Origin: Mobula hypostoma
Lineage: Eukaryota
Reading direction: 5' to 3'
Assembly (NCBI RefSeq): GCF_963921235.1
Contig: NC_086097.1
Location: 107,696,001 to 107,760,000 of the forward strand
DNA: 64,000 nt
Notes under the pieces: generated by a model
Databases searched by the model: none
Seen by the model: only the letters and a program-made list of their open reading frames with translations
What the model was told of the DNA's origin: nothing
Shown: piece by piece, positions 1 through 9,959 of the stretch
Layout of the letters: the number at the start of each line of letters is the position of its first letter
Numbering within the stretch: position 1 is the first letter of the stretch
Made by a program: the position numbers and the translations under genes

Positions 1-354
1 GCAATGGCAGGCCCACACAAGTGTCTGTAGTGCCTGGACAAACTCAGCACTCGATTCCCCGGGCTGTTGTTGCCTTGTCGCTAAGCGGTGCTAAGCATAG
101 ACGCTGTTTATTGGCCGCAGGTATTGTCTTTTGAGGGCACTCATCGCGCCATCGTAGTTCAGCTGGTCGCTGATCAGCGAATAGACTCGTGGACTGACCC
201 TGGAGAGTAGAACTCTGCGCTTCACTACGGGGTCGGTCGCTTTAATCTCCTCTAGGTACACTTCGAAGCAAGCCAGCCAGAGTTCGAAAGTGTTTCCAGC
301 TTCAGGTGTTTGTGGATCGAGGTCTAATTTGTCGGGTTTCAGTGCATGTTCCAT
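1..354 (-). pseudogene. gag: Gypsy/Ty3 gag N-terminus (interrupted by a stop; runs off the window start)
   Basis: ORF 91..354 (MEHALKPDKLDLDP...WLACF...ALKRQY) resembles a retrotransposon gag start and begins ~26 bp after a TG..CA LTR. Confidence 0.75.
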
Positions 355-380
355 GCTTTAAAATTTACAGCGAATAAAAT

Positions 381-609
381 TGAAGCACCTTCAATAACTC
401 CAAAAGACTGAAGTTGAGTAAAATACTGAAAGGCTTTTATTTGCTGTAGAATACCACCTCTATGGTGAGTGTCTGCCCCCGGACTGAGGGGGAAGGGCAA
501 GGCAAAATCACCTTTATACAGGAACCTGTGGGAGGAGCCACAGGAGCAGTCAGCAGAGGGGCGTGTCCAGACAGTTAACCCAGTTACAACATGTATATGG
601 CTTACCACA
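381..609 (-). mobile_element. 5' LTR (229 bp) of the Gypsy element
   Basis: Minus strand starts TGTGG and ends TTCA, contains TATAAA (513-518) and AATAAA (~436-441), and lies directly upstream of the gag ATG. Confidence 0.75.
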
Positions 610-783
610 AGAGGGAGAGGGAGAGAGAGAGGGGGAGAGGGAGAGAGAGAGAGGGAGAGAGAGTGAGAGGGAGAGAGAGAGAAGGAGAGAGAGAGGGAGA
701 GGGAGAGAGAGAGGGAGAGGAGAGAGGGAGAGAGAGAGGGAGAGAGAGAGGGAGAGAGAAGGAGAGAGAGAGGGAGAGGGAGA
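610..783 (+). repeat. (GA)/(GGGAGA)n polypurine microsatellite
   Basis: Seen directly in the sequence. Confidence 0.98.
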
Positions 784-789
784 AAGGAA

Positions 790-1205
790 AAATCCTATGA
801 GATTCATCAGACATGATTTTCCTTTCACAGATCCATGCTGACTTTGTCCGATGATTTCACCGCTTTCCAAATGTGCTGTTATCACATCTTTCATAACTGA
901 CTCTAGCATTTTGCCCACCACCGATGTTAGGCTAACTGGTCTATAATTCCCCGGTTTCTCTCTCCCTCCTTTTTTGAAAAGTGGGGTTACATTAGCCACC
1001 CTCCAATCCTCAGGAACTAGTCCAGAATCTAAAGAGTTTTGAAAAATTATCACTAATGCATCCACTATTTCTTGGGCTACTTCCTTAAGCACTCTGGGAT
1101 GCAGACCATCTGGCTCTGGGGATTTATCTCCCTTTAATCCCTTCAATTTACCTAACACCACTTCCCTACTAACATGTATATCCCTCAGTTCCTCCATCTC
1201 ACTGG
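790..1205 (-). mobile_element. CR1 LINE ORF2 fragment
   Basis: Translation contains KSPEPDGLHPRVLKE, WRVANVTPLFKKG, NYRPVSLTSVVGK and QHG..KGKSCL. Confidence 0.92.
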
Positions 1206-1210
1206 ACACT

Positions 1211-1934
1211 GGCCACCCGCCCCTTTGAGCGACTGAGTGTTGACTTTAAGGGCCCCCTTCCCTCCACCGACCGCAATGTGTACTTTCTTAACGTTATTGA
1301 CGAGTACTCGTGGGTCCCCTTCACCATCCCCTGCCCCAACACCACTACCACGTCAGTTATAAAAGCCCTGCGCAATCTCTTCACTCTGTTCGGATACCCA
1401 TGCTATATCCACAGTGACAGAGGGTCCTCGTTTATGAGTGACGAGCTGTGCCAATACCTACTGGCTAGGGGAATTGCAACCAGTAGGACCACGAGCTATA
1501 ATCCCCGGGGGAATGGACAGGTGGAGAAGGAGAATGGCATGGTGTGGAAAGCCCTCAGGTCAAAGGGACTGCCGGTCTCTCGCTGGCAGGAGGTCCTTCC
1601 CGAGGCACTCCACTCCATCCACTCCCTGTTATGCACAGCCACCAACACCACCCCTCATGAGAGGCTCTTTTCATTTCCCAGAAAGTCGACTACTGGGACC
1701 ACCCTACCAACTTGGCTGACGTCCCCGGGGCCAGTGCTGCTCTAGAAACATGTGAGGAGCAATAAATACTCCCCGATGGTCGAGAGGGTTCACTTACTTC
1801 ATGCGAACCCTCAGTATGCCTATGTGGTTTTACCTGATGGGCGAGAGGACAAGGTCTCCATCCACGACCTGGCGCCCGCAGGAGCACCAGGCCCCTACCC
1901 TGAACACTCCGTGGTGACTATTGACCCCATGTAA
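1211..1934 (+). pseudogene. pol: Gypsy integrase fragment (core plus C-terminus)
   Basis: PFERLSVDFKGPLP, VIDEYS, IHSDRGSSF, YNPRGNGQVEKEN and TTPHERLF motifs; in-frame stop near 1743. Confidence 0.9.
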
Positions 1935-2572
1935 GGGCGGTCCTCCCGGCAGATGGGGAGCTGATGGTAAGCGGATTTTAGGTCTATGGTTGAGTACACC
2001 TTGTACTGTGCTATCTGATTGACCATATCCGTGATGCAGGGTAGAGGGTACGCGTCGAGCTGCGTGAACCTATTGATGGTCTGGCTATAGTCCACGACCA
2101 TCCTATTTTTCTCCCTGTTCCGAACAACGACCACCTGCGCCCTCCAAGGACTTGTGCTTGCCTCAATGACCCCCTCCCTGAGCAGCCGCTGCACCTCCGA
2201 CTTAATGAAAGTTCTGTCCCCCGCGCTGTACCTCCTGCTTTTAGTTGCTAAAGGTTTACAGTCGGGGGTCAGGTTGGTGAACAGTGGTGGGGGAGGGATC
2301 CTGAGGGTGGAGAGGCCGCAAGTGGCGTTGGTAGTGCGGCAGTTGGCGTGGTGTTGGGTGAGATGTGTGGGTCGGTGTGTGTGCGTGGTCAGTAGCGGGG
2401 TATGTGATGTATCCCTACAAAACTGGGGACTTACGACAGTGATTGGTGGGAGGGGCCCATCATACTTCATTGTCATGCTTTTCAGGTGGCTCTGGAAGTC
2501 GAGCCCCAATAGCACAAGGGCACACAGTTGAGGCATAACCAGTAATGTTAAGTCACGATATTCTGTGCCCTG
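1930..2572 (-). pseudogene. pol: Gypsy protease end / RT N-terminal fragment
   Basis: LLGLDF, GVIEASTSPW, RMVVDY..INRFTQLDAYPLP and IDLKSAYHQ motifs. Confidence 0.9.
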
Positions 2573-2744
2573 CTCTCCCTCTCCCTCTCTCTCTCTCCTT
2601 CTCCCTCTCACTCTCTCTCCCTCTCTCCTTCTCCCCCTCCCCCTCCCTCTCCCTCTCTCTCTCCCTCTCCCTCTCCCTCTCTCCCCCTCTCCCTCTCCCT
2701 CCCTCTCTCCCTCTCCCTCTCTCTCTCCTTTCCCCTCCCTCTGC

Positions 2745-2817
<73 letters not shown>
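2573..2817 (+). repeat. (TC)/(TCCC)n polypyrimidine tract followed by (CA)n
   Basis: Seen directly; the CA run is at ~2747-2817. Confidence 0.98.
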
Positions 2818-2818
<1 letters not shown>

Positions 2819-2979
2819 AGTTAAAGTCATCCCTGAAAGCATGCTTCTATTTAATGGATATATTGTTGCAAAGACACAACATTGACCTCACACCCATAAC
2901 TTAGCAAAGGAGACTTGCAATCTCTGTAGCATGCAAGTGCTGTTTCTTCTTCCACACCTTTCTCTTGGTTCCCTTCAAA

Positions 2980-3240
2980 AAGGCCTTCTCCCTGTAACCT
3001 GTGATGCCCTTACTACTCAAGAATCTATCAACCTCCACTTTATATATAGCCAGTGACTTTGCCTCCACAGCTGCCCGTGGCAATGAATACCACAGATTTG
3101 CCACCCTCTGGCTAAAGAAATTCCTCCTCATCTGTGTTCTAAAGGGACATCATTCTATTTTGAGGCTGTACCCTCTAGTTCCCCACTATAGGAAACATCC
3201 TCTACATCTACTCTATCTAGGCATTTCAGTATTCAATAGG
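2980..3240 (-). mobile_element. CR1 LINE 3' fragment
   Basis: MRRNFFSQRVANLWYSLP..VEA, the typical CR1 ORF2 C-terminus. Confidence 0.85.
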
Positions 3241-3759
3241 CTTATTTTTGTCATTTCATACCTGGTACAATGATTTAAACCACTTTTCAATTTTGCACAC
3301 TCCAAAAATTCAATTCCAGTTTAACTGTCATTTAACCATACATGAATACTCATGAACTCAGTGCCAACATTCGTGCACAGTTAAAAATCATAATCATGTA
3401 ATAAGAGTCCTGACGCCCACCTCCCTCCACCCCATGACATCGCGGCTTGATACATACAACAGACACGTATAGAATATCAATAAAAATATGACGCTGAATA
3501 TTCATATAATATATAGTCCAGACACCGCAGCCCACTGATATTATCTATCAACTGGCCCCCGACGCCCATTAGACGACACCGTGGCTTTGAGGCCCAGTAT
3601 TGCCATATACAAGCAAGATAGATTAGTTAAAACACAACGAGAAAAATATATATGTATATACTCCAGACCCCTCATTCCATTTTAAATCTTCATTCGCCAC
3701 AATTGCACTACGCCTCCCCTGGTAGAACACAATGGCTCAGACGCCTGTCTCCCAGCAGC

Positions 3760-4050
3760 TGAAAAGCAAGTGACCCTGCAGCCCGAGGCTGAACTCCTTT
3801 CGGACCCAGGATGAACTACAGAGGATGGGGAGGAGGTCTGGCCCCTGCACACCAAGCACGCAGGGCCACTGGCGTTTGGACACGCCCTGGTGTTCGTGAA
3901 GCAAGTTATAGCCCCACTGCCTTGTGGGCAGCCTTGGGAGAGACGCAGGCTACAGGAGTGAACCCAGACAGCAAATGCGCAGTGGCGCCCCCTAAGCTGG
4001 TGCCATACATATTAGTTCATAAGCTTTCTTTTGGACGACACTGGTGAGGC
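3760..4050 (+). mobile_element. RTE-like 5' UTR or RTE-related short element
   Basis: Shares CCRCTGCCTTGTGG and GGAGTRAACCCAGA motifs with 22170-22845; the family assignment is inference. Confidence 0.4.
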
Positions 4051-4332
4051 TGGGTTAGAGATCTTGATTACTGGATCTCCATGATGATCATCATCACCCA
4101 TTGTCCTTCGAGGCAGACAGATGCAACCAACCAACCACTAAATGGTCCTTGAAAACATACGATGTCCATTCTGTATGATTGAATGTAAATGAAGACTGAG
4201 GAACTAAAAATCCTTGAACTTTATGAATGCTGTTGATGCTGAAAGGAAGCCTGACTCTGAATGTTATGGAAGGTGGCAATGCTGGTAAATCCACTCCAAC
4301 TTACTTTCTTCTTCAAGTGAAAGTAGCGGAAC

Positions 4333-4539
4333 TTGTTGTCTGTTTAATAATGCAATAATATTTGAGTAGTCTTGTATATGTATTGTTTGATTCAGCATTC
4401 TTGTTCATTTAAATAATTAATTACAGGCTATATGTAAAAATACATGAATTACGTACACTACCACATGAAGTCAGACCCTTATTCCTGGAGTCCCATGTTC
4501 ATTTGGATTAATTTAATGTTTTGAAGTTACAAAACATAA
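4333..4539. mobile_element. Possible solo LTR
   Basis: TGTTG...TAACA termini around ~200 bp of AT-rich sequence; no TSD confirmed. Confidence 0.4.
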
Positions 4540-5240
4540 CAGAATTCACTTCTCCAGGAATATAAGCAGAACCAACAGAGTGACTCATGACATAGCTGTG
4601 AGGTGTGATTCTAGATGCTAGGAAGTAAAGAATGGCATTCACCTCATCTGTTAAAGCTGAATACGCTGACATGGCTGGACTAAACCTACCAATACTCATT
4701 CTTAAACAGGTCCAGATTTGTGTGTGTGTCTCTGTGAGGACATAACTTTGGATAACAAGTCCTGTAGTGCCTACCCCCTTGGACAACTACCCATTCTAGT
4801 GAAGGATCTGATGATAGAAATAGGATCTATGGGCATTTGGAGAATCATGGTCTGATCAGGGACAGTCAGCATGGCTTTGTGAAGGGCAGATCGTGTCTAA
4901 CAAGCCTGATAGAGTTCTTTGAGGAGGTGACCAGGCATATAGATGAGGATAGTGCAGTGGATGTGATCTACATGGATTTTAGTAAGGCATTTGACAGGGT
5001 TCCACATGGTAGGCTTATTCAGAAAGTCAGAAGGCATGGGATCCAGGAAAGTTTGGCCAGGTGGATTCAGAATTGGCTTGCCTGCAGAAGGTGGAGGGAG
5101 TACATTCAGATTGGAGGGTTGTGACTAGTGCTGTCCCACAAGGATCTGTTCTGGGACCTCTACTTTTCGTGATTGTTATTAATGACCTGGATGTGGGGGT
5201 AGAAGGGTGGGTTGGCAAGTTTGCAGATGACACGAAGGAA

Positions 5241-6262
5241 TGTCATAAGGGCGGTGGCTGGGAACGGACCCAAGTGCAAGACACAGACACTGAAGTACTA
5301 GGGACAGGACTAGGATACAGGGTGAGAGCAAGGACATGGACATGAAAACCGGGTACCCGGAACAGGACTGGACAAGAGAGCTAGGAGCCCAGGCTCTTGC
5401 CTCTGGCTCGGACCCCAGAACTAGGCAAGGACGAGGCTTGGCTGGCAGGCAGGATGAGGCTGGAGTCTTCAGGCTTGAGGCTAGAGACTAGAGGCGTGGC
5501 TTGGCAGGAGGCAGGAGGCTGGAGACTTCAGGCTTGAGGCTAGAGACTAGAGGCGAGGCTTGGCAGGAGGCAGGAGGCTGGAGACTTCAGGCTTGAGGCT
5601 AGAGACTGGAGGCGAGGCTTGGCAGGAGGCTGGAGGCTAGAGACTTGAGGGGAGGCTTGGCAGGAGGCTGGAGGCTAGAGACTTAAGGCGAAGCTTGGCA
5701 GGAGGCTGGAGGCCACTCCTGGGCAGGGCACGGTTCTCCTGGGCAGGGCACGGTTCCCCTGGGCAGGGCGCGGTTCTCCTGGGCAGGGCACGGTACTCCT
5801 GGGCAGGGCGCGGTTCCCGTGGGCAGGGTGCGGTTCTTCTGGGCAGGGCGCAGTACTCCACCCAACGGAGGCAAGGGACAGGAAGGGACAGAACCAACCG
5901 CAGATAACAGCAAGATGGCCTGGCTTACCCGACGGAGGCAAGGGACAGGAAGGGACAGAACCAACTGTAGGTAACGGCAATACGGCCTGACTTACCCAAC
6001 GGAAGCTAGGGACAGGAAGGGATAGAACTAACTGCAGGGTAATGGCAAGACGGCCTGACTTACCCGGCGGAGGCAAGGGCCAGGAGGGGAGCTAGGTACG
6101 GGGTGGCTCCAGGACAAGACAGCAAGACAAAGCAAGGCTTCAGGCAATGCAAGGCAAGACAGAACTTCAGGTGAGGCGAGAGTTACCGACAAGACAGGGC
6201 AGGGCTTTAGGCCAGGAAACAGAAGGCAGGGGAAGGGATACAAGGAGTAAGGACAAGAACAA
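5241..6262 (-). mobile_element. Truncated LTR of the same family as the 10099-12043 element, with expanded tandem arrays
   Basis: Begins TGTCATA, the reverse complement of the LTR 3' end at 12043, and carries the same ~65-bp, 20-bp and CCAGCCT-rich repeats. Confidence 0.88.
5718..5857 (+). repeat. 20-bp minisatellite CCTGGGCAGGGCRCGGTWCY, 7 copies
   Basis: Copies counted directly. Confidence 0.95.
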
Positions 6263-7189
6263 GTACAGAGGAGATTTACCAGGATGCTGCCTGGTTTAGA
6301 AAGTATGCATTATGATCAGAGATTAAGGGAGCTAGGGCTTTACTCTTTGGAGAGAAGGAGGATGAGAGGAGACATGATAGAGGTATACAAGATATTAAGA
6401 GGAATAGATAGAGTGGATAGCCAGTGCCTCTTCCCCAGGGCGCCATTGCCCAATACAAGAGGACATGGCTTTAAGGTAAGGGGTGGGAAGTTCAAGGGGG
6501 ATATTAGAGGAAGGTTTTTTACTCAGAGGGTGGCTGGTGCGTGGAATGCACTGCCTGAGTCAGTGGTGGAAGCAAATACACTCGTGAAGTTTAAGAGACT
6601 ACTAGACAGGTATATGGAGGAATCTAAGGTGGGGGGTTATATAGGAGGCAGGGTTTAAGGGTTGGCACAACATTGTGGGCCAAAGGGCCTGTACTGTGCT
6701 GTACTATTCTATGTTCTATGTTCTATAGTGGTCTAATTCAAAATCTTTCATCAACATTTGACGACCACAATATTGCTACCTATTGTGAGGAGTTTCCAAC
6801 TATGTGAAGGTCATTTGAAGGCACAGTATAAGGCAGGTTTCAGTATAAGCTGGGCATTGTGAAACATCCTGCCGAGGCTGTCACTCAGACTGTTGATGGC
6901 CTTTATGCAACTGTAGTTCATACTGTGCTATGAGGGCAATGTTGTTTTGTATGGGATCCAGGAAGGATAGCTTTGTGAGAACATCACAGTAATTCTCTGT
7001 GGCACATGCAAGGACAGAGTCACAGGCATATTGACTCTGCTGGGTGCATCTGGTGGGAGAAATATAAAATCAACAAGGTTTAATTGACACAGTTGGTAGA
7101 CTCTGATTCATATACAACATGTTTCTAGTTTTTCTAGTTGCTCCTATTTTTGTTGCTGGTTTGAGTTATTTTACACTGGGGTGGCCTGC

Positions 7190-7445
7190 AGACAACGAAC
7201 ACTGAGCTGACCTGAATATGTGTTTTGATTTTGTGTTTTTATATTTTGTGTTTTCACTTGTTTCTGTTATTGTTGCCGTTTGTGTGATTTTTTTTGCATG
7301 AGGGGTGAAAGGAGGAGTCGATGTGTTCTTTTCTTTGAACAGGTTACATGGTTCTTCTTTGTTTTGTGGTTAACGTGGGGGAGACAAATCTCTGGGTTGT
7401 ATACTGCATACATACTTTGATAATAAATGTACTTTGAATCTTTGA
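7190..7445 (+). mobile_element. Short non-autonomous element with a Rex1-type 3' tail
   Basis: Tail TTGTATACTGCATACATACTTTGATAATAAATGTACTTTGAA; related sequence at ~26030-26195 (+) and ~23250-23500 (-). Confidence 0.5.
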
Positions 7446-7749
7446 ATCAGCTGAAGTATTAATCATTTGAGAAAGTATCCTTACAAATTTCTAGATCATA
7501 TGAACCAACATGAATATATTCTTCACTACACTTCATTTCCAGGGAAAATTAAAGTTTTTATGCACAAAATGCAAAAACAATGTTTGTGCTTGAATTTCTA
7601 AGTTCGAACTTTAACATCAGCATTATCTGTTTACCATCTCTTATTTAGATAGCCCCCTTCTAGAAACCCCATTTGATAAGGTATAACTATTTTGTATTCC
7701 CCATTCTCTTGCCCTCCCTGATAGTTGACAGTTATTACTAAATCATTTT

Positions 7750-7897
7750 GTATTGTTTTGCTCTTTTTTGCACTACTTATTTAACATAATTATATATAAA
7801 TATGTATTTCATATTGTAGTTTTATTATTGTGTATTGCATTGTAATGCTGTCACAAAAACAACATATGCCAGTGATATGAAATCTGATTCTGATTCT
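7750..7897 (+). mobile_element. Rex1/Babar-type LINE 3' UTR
   Basis: GCACTACTTATT...GTATTGCATTGTA...GCCAGTGAT..(CTGATT)n tail, recurring at ~13260-13405, 14420-14625 and 49520-49675. Confidence 0.65.
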
Positions 7898-9288
7898 CTG
7901 CAATAAACTTAAAGCTAATGATGAAGATTTAAGAATTTGCAAAGTCTCTTAAAGAACTGAATACAGGGATAATGAAAAATTGTCCCGCTATTAATCATTA
8001 TATATTCTTTTATAGGATGTAGCTTCAATTATATAATAATCTTCCAAAAGAAATGAGATATTTAAAACTTTTTTCTATCTTTAATTAAATGATATGAACA
8101 TATCTTGGCATTAAAACAAGTTAACTTATTTAATTCTATGCCAGACAGCATATGTTTAAGATATGCATAAAGCAACTTTATATAGACAATGTACCCTCAT
8201 GTTCTTTTACAACTCACTCTTATTCACTATAATGAATTCTGGATGAATCACATTACGTGACATGTGCAAAATGAGACATTTCTGAGAGGAACTGACCTCC
8301 CCAATATGGTAATAAAGTCCCTGCCAAAATATATTGGCCCAAATCATGTTTCATTCGAAATATGTGCATGGTGTGCAGCTCCTCTCGGTATCTGACATAG
8401 TCCAGTCTGCTTCCAGATAAGAAGCAAATGCAAATGTTTTGATAAGAACTCAATGCAAATATTTATGATATGAAATTCCCTGGGAATTATGTGTGGATAA
8501 AACAAAGTGTATTATTTTCCCATTTCCCTTTCAGGCTTGCCAAAATGTTCTTTTTACTTCATATTTGCATTTTTCAAAATTGGATTCAGCCTGCATATTA
8601 TGTTCAGCAATTTGTTTGTTTGGAATGGTAATTAGTTAATGTAATTACAAAGATGACAGTTACTAAATTGTTTTTAAAGCGTTAGAGTGTCTGTGTGCCA
8701 GAAGATTGCAGTAGTTTTGGTTTTGAACTAGATAGGAAAAATCCTCCTACTCTCAAGATGGGCCTTTGGATATTTCAACTATAAAACCCTTTTAACTAAA
8801 CAAAGAGCATAAAGGGACTTTTATCACTTCTTGTGAATAAACTAATTCTGGAACTTTTCTATCACAAGGTAATAAATCATAGGAAGTATGGGGCAAAATG
8901 TAAAAGTGACTGGAGGAAAGTATAGGGGAGAAGTCAGAGATAGTTCTTTACACAGAGAGTGGTGGGTGTGTGGTAGAGGCAGACACATTAGAAGCATTTA
9001 TGAAACTCATGGATGACAGCGAAATGGAGGGCTGTGTACAAGGGAAGGGTTAGATTATACTTACAGTAGGTTAAAAGGTTGGCTTGTACTGTGCTGTAAT
9101 GTTCTAAATTCCATGTTAGCACACTCTACAGGCAAGACAAGAATAAAAACAAAACTCATGTTTACTATTAGAGATGTTTACTATTACCATTTAACAATGA
9201 AAATATAAACAGTATTGAGATTTTGAATGGTATAATGAAGATTTTCTTGTTCTTTTTCTTTACATTCATTTGGGATGAATCAAAAGAT

Positions 9289-9368
9289 CTAATTTTTGAT
9301 GTCCGGTTCCACATATTTTGGATGATATAATTTTGGGAAAGGAGGCTTTGTAGATCTTCTGTAATCAC
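9289..9368 (-). CDS. Candidate terminal coding exon of an unidentified host gene ((G)DYRRSTKPPFPKLYHPKYVEPDIKN*)
   Basis: TTCAG acceptor with a weak pyrimidine tract; open phase-1 frame to TAG; non-repeat context. Confidence 0.25.
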
Positions 9369-9959
9369 CTGAAGTATACTCTTGGCATTATTAAGATTTA
9401 AATGAGGGAGCTAATACCTAATTTAGGTCTCCTAATTGTGATTCGCTGCCAGAGAGTGGAAGAGCTGCTGCATACTTGAATATCTTTTTTGATAGCCAAT
9501 AATATTTAAGATTATTGTCAATCCAAAAGTGCTGCTGTGGACCAGCAGTGGGAGTGCTACTTCTTTGATTCCACAGCATTCCCATCAGTACTTCCTAGTT
9601 CCTTCCTAGGATTTGCTATTGGACTGATCTTCATCTGCTGAGGGAGTGTGCAGTCTTTGGAAACGTGGCAGACCTTGACAGCTCCCCGAGATGAAGGTGG
9701 AGTCCAAACTTCTGCACTTCTTCAACGAATGGGGCTGGATGAGCCTTGTTGATGTCATCCACTCATCTTCATTTGTAGAAAGAGATATCTGATGTTTGAC
9801 CTGCAAAGTTCCTTTAGCAGTTTGTGTGCATTTGAAGAATAGTTTATTTTCAGTTGAAGATATCTCAAAATAGGCAAGAACAATACAGGAAACTTTGCAA
9901 TACATGTTTAATTTTCAATTATCTACAAAAATGAGCACTAACATTATTAGGTTCATTGC

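Larger units (their letters stand above)
4835..6725 (+). mobile_element. CR1 LINE (RT part 4835-5240; 3' end 6263-6725) interrupted by an LTR, with an internal deletion
   Basis: [34 protein letters not shown], then RRFTRMLPGL...FFTQRV and a (TTCTATG)n tail. Confidence 0.92.

Noticed and set aside
563..841. ORFs rich in ER/GE/LS/VC/HT (also 2545-2904)
   Set aside because: They are read-through of GA, TC and CA microsatellites.
381..2572. LTR 381-609 as a shared 3' LTR of a tandem Gypsy pair
   Set aside because: There is no polypurine tract on the element strand before the LTR; it directly abuts the microsatellite.
5460..6080. Regularly spaced repeats resembling a CRISPR array, with overlapping Pro/Cys-rich ORFs
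   Set aside because: These are tandem units with no unique spacers and no cas genes, inside a eukaryotic LTR; the ORFs arise from stop-poor repeats.
8253..8453. Possible minus-strand exon (LDYVRYREELHTMHIFRMKHDLGQYILAGTLLPYWG)
   Set aside because: The splice signals are weak, there is no recognisable homology and no compatible neighbouring exon; it cannot be excluded entirely.
9606..9905. 99-aa ORF / possible exon
   Set aside because: Plus-strand frames after the best acceptor all stop early, and the minus strand looks more like a decayed RTE C-terminal zinc-finger region.
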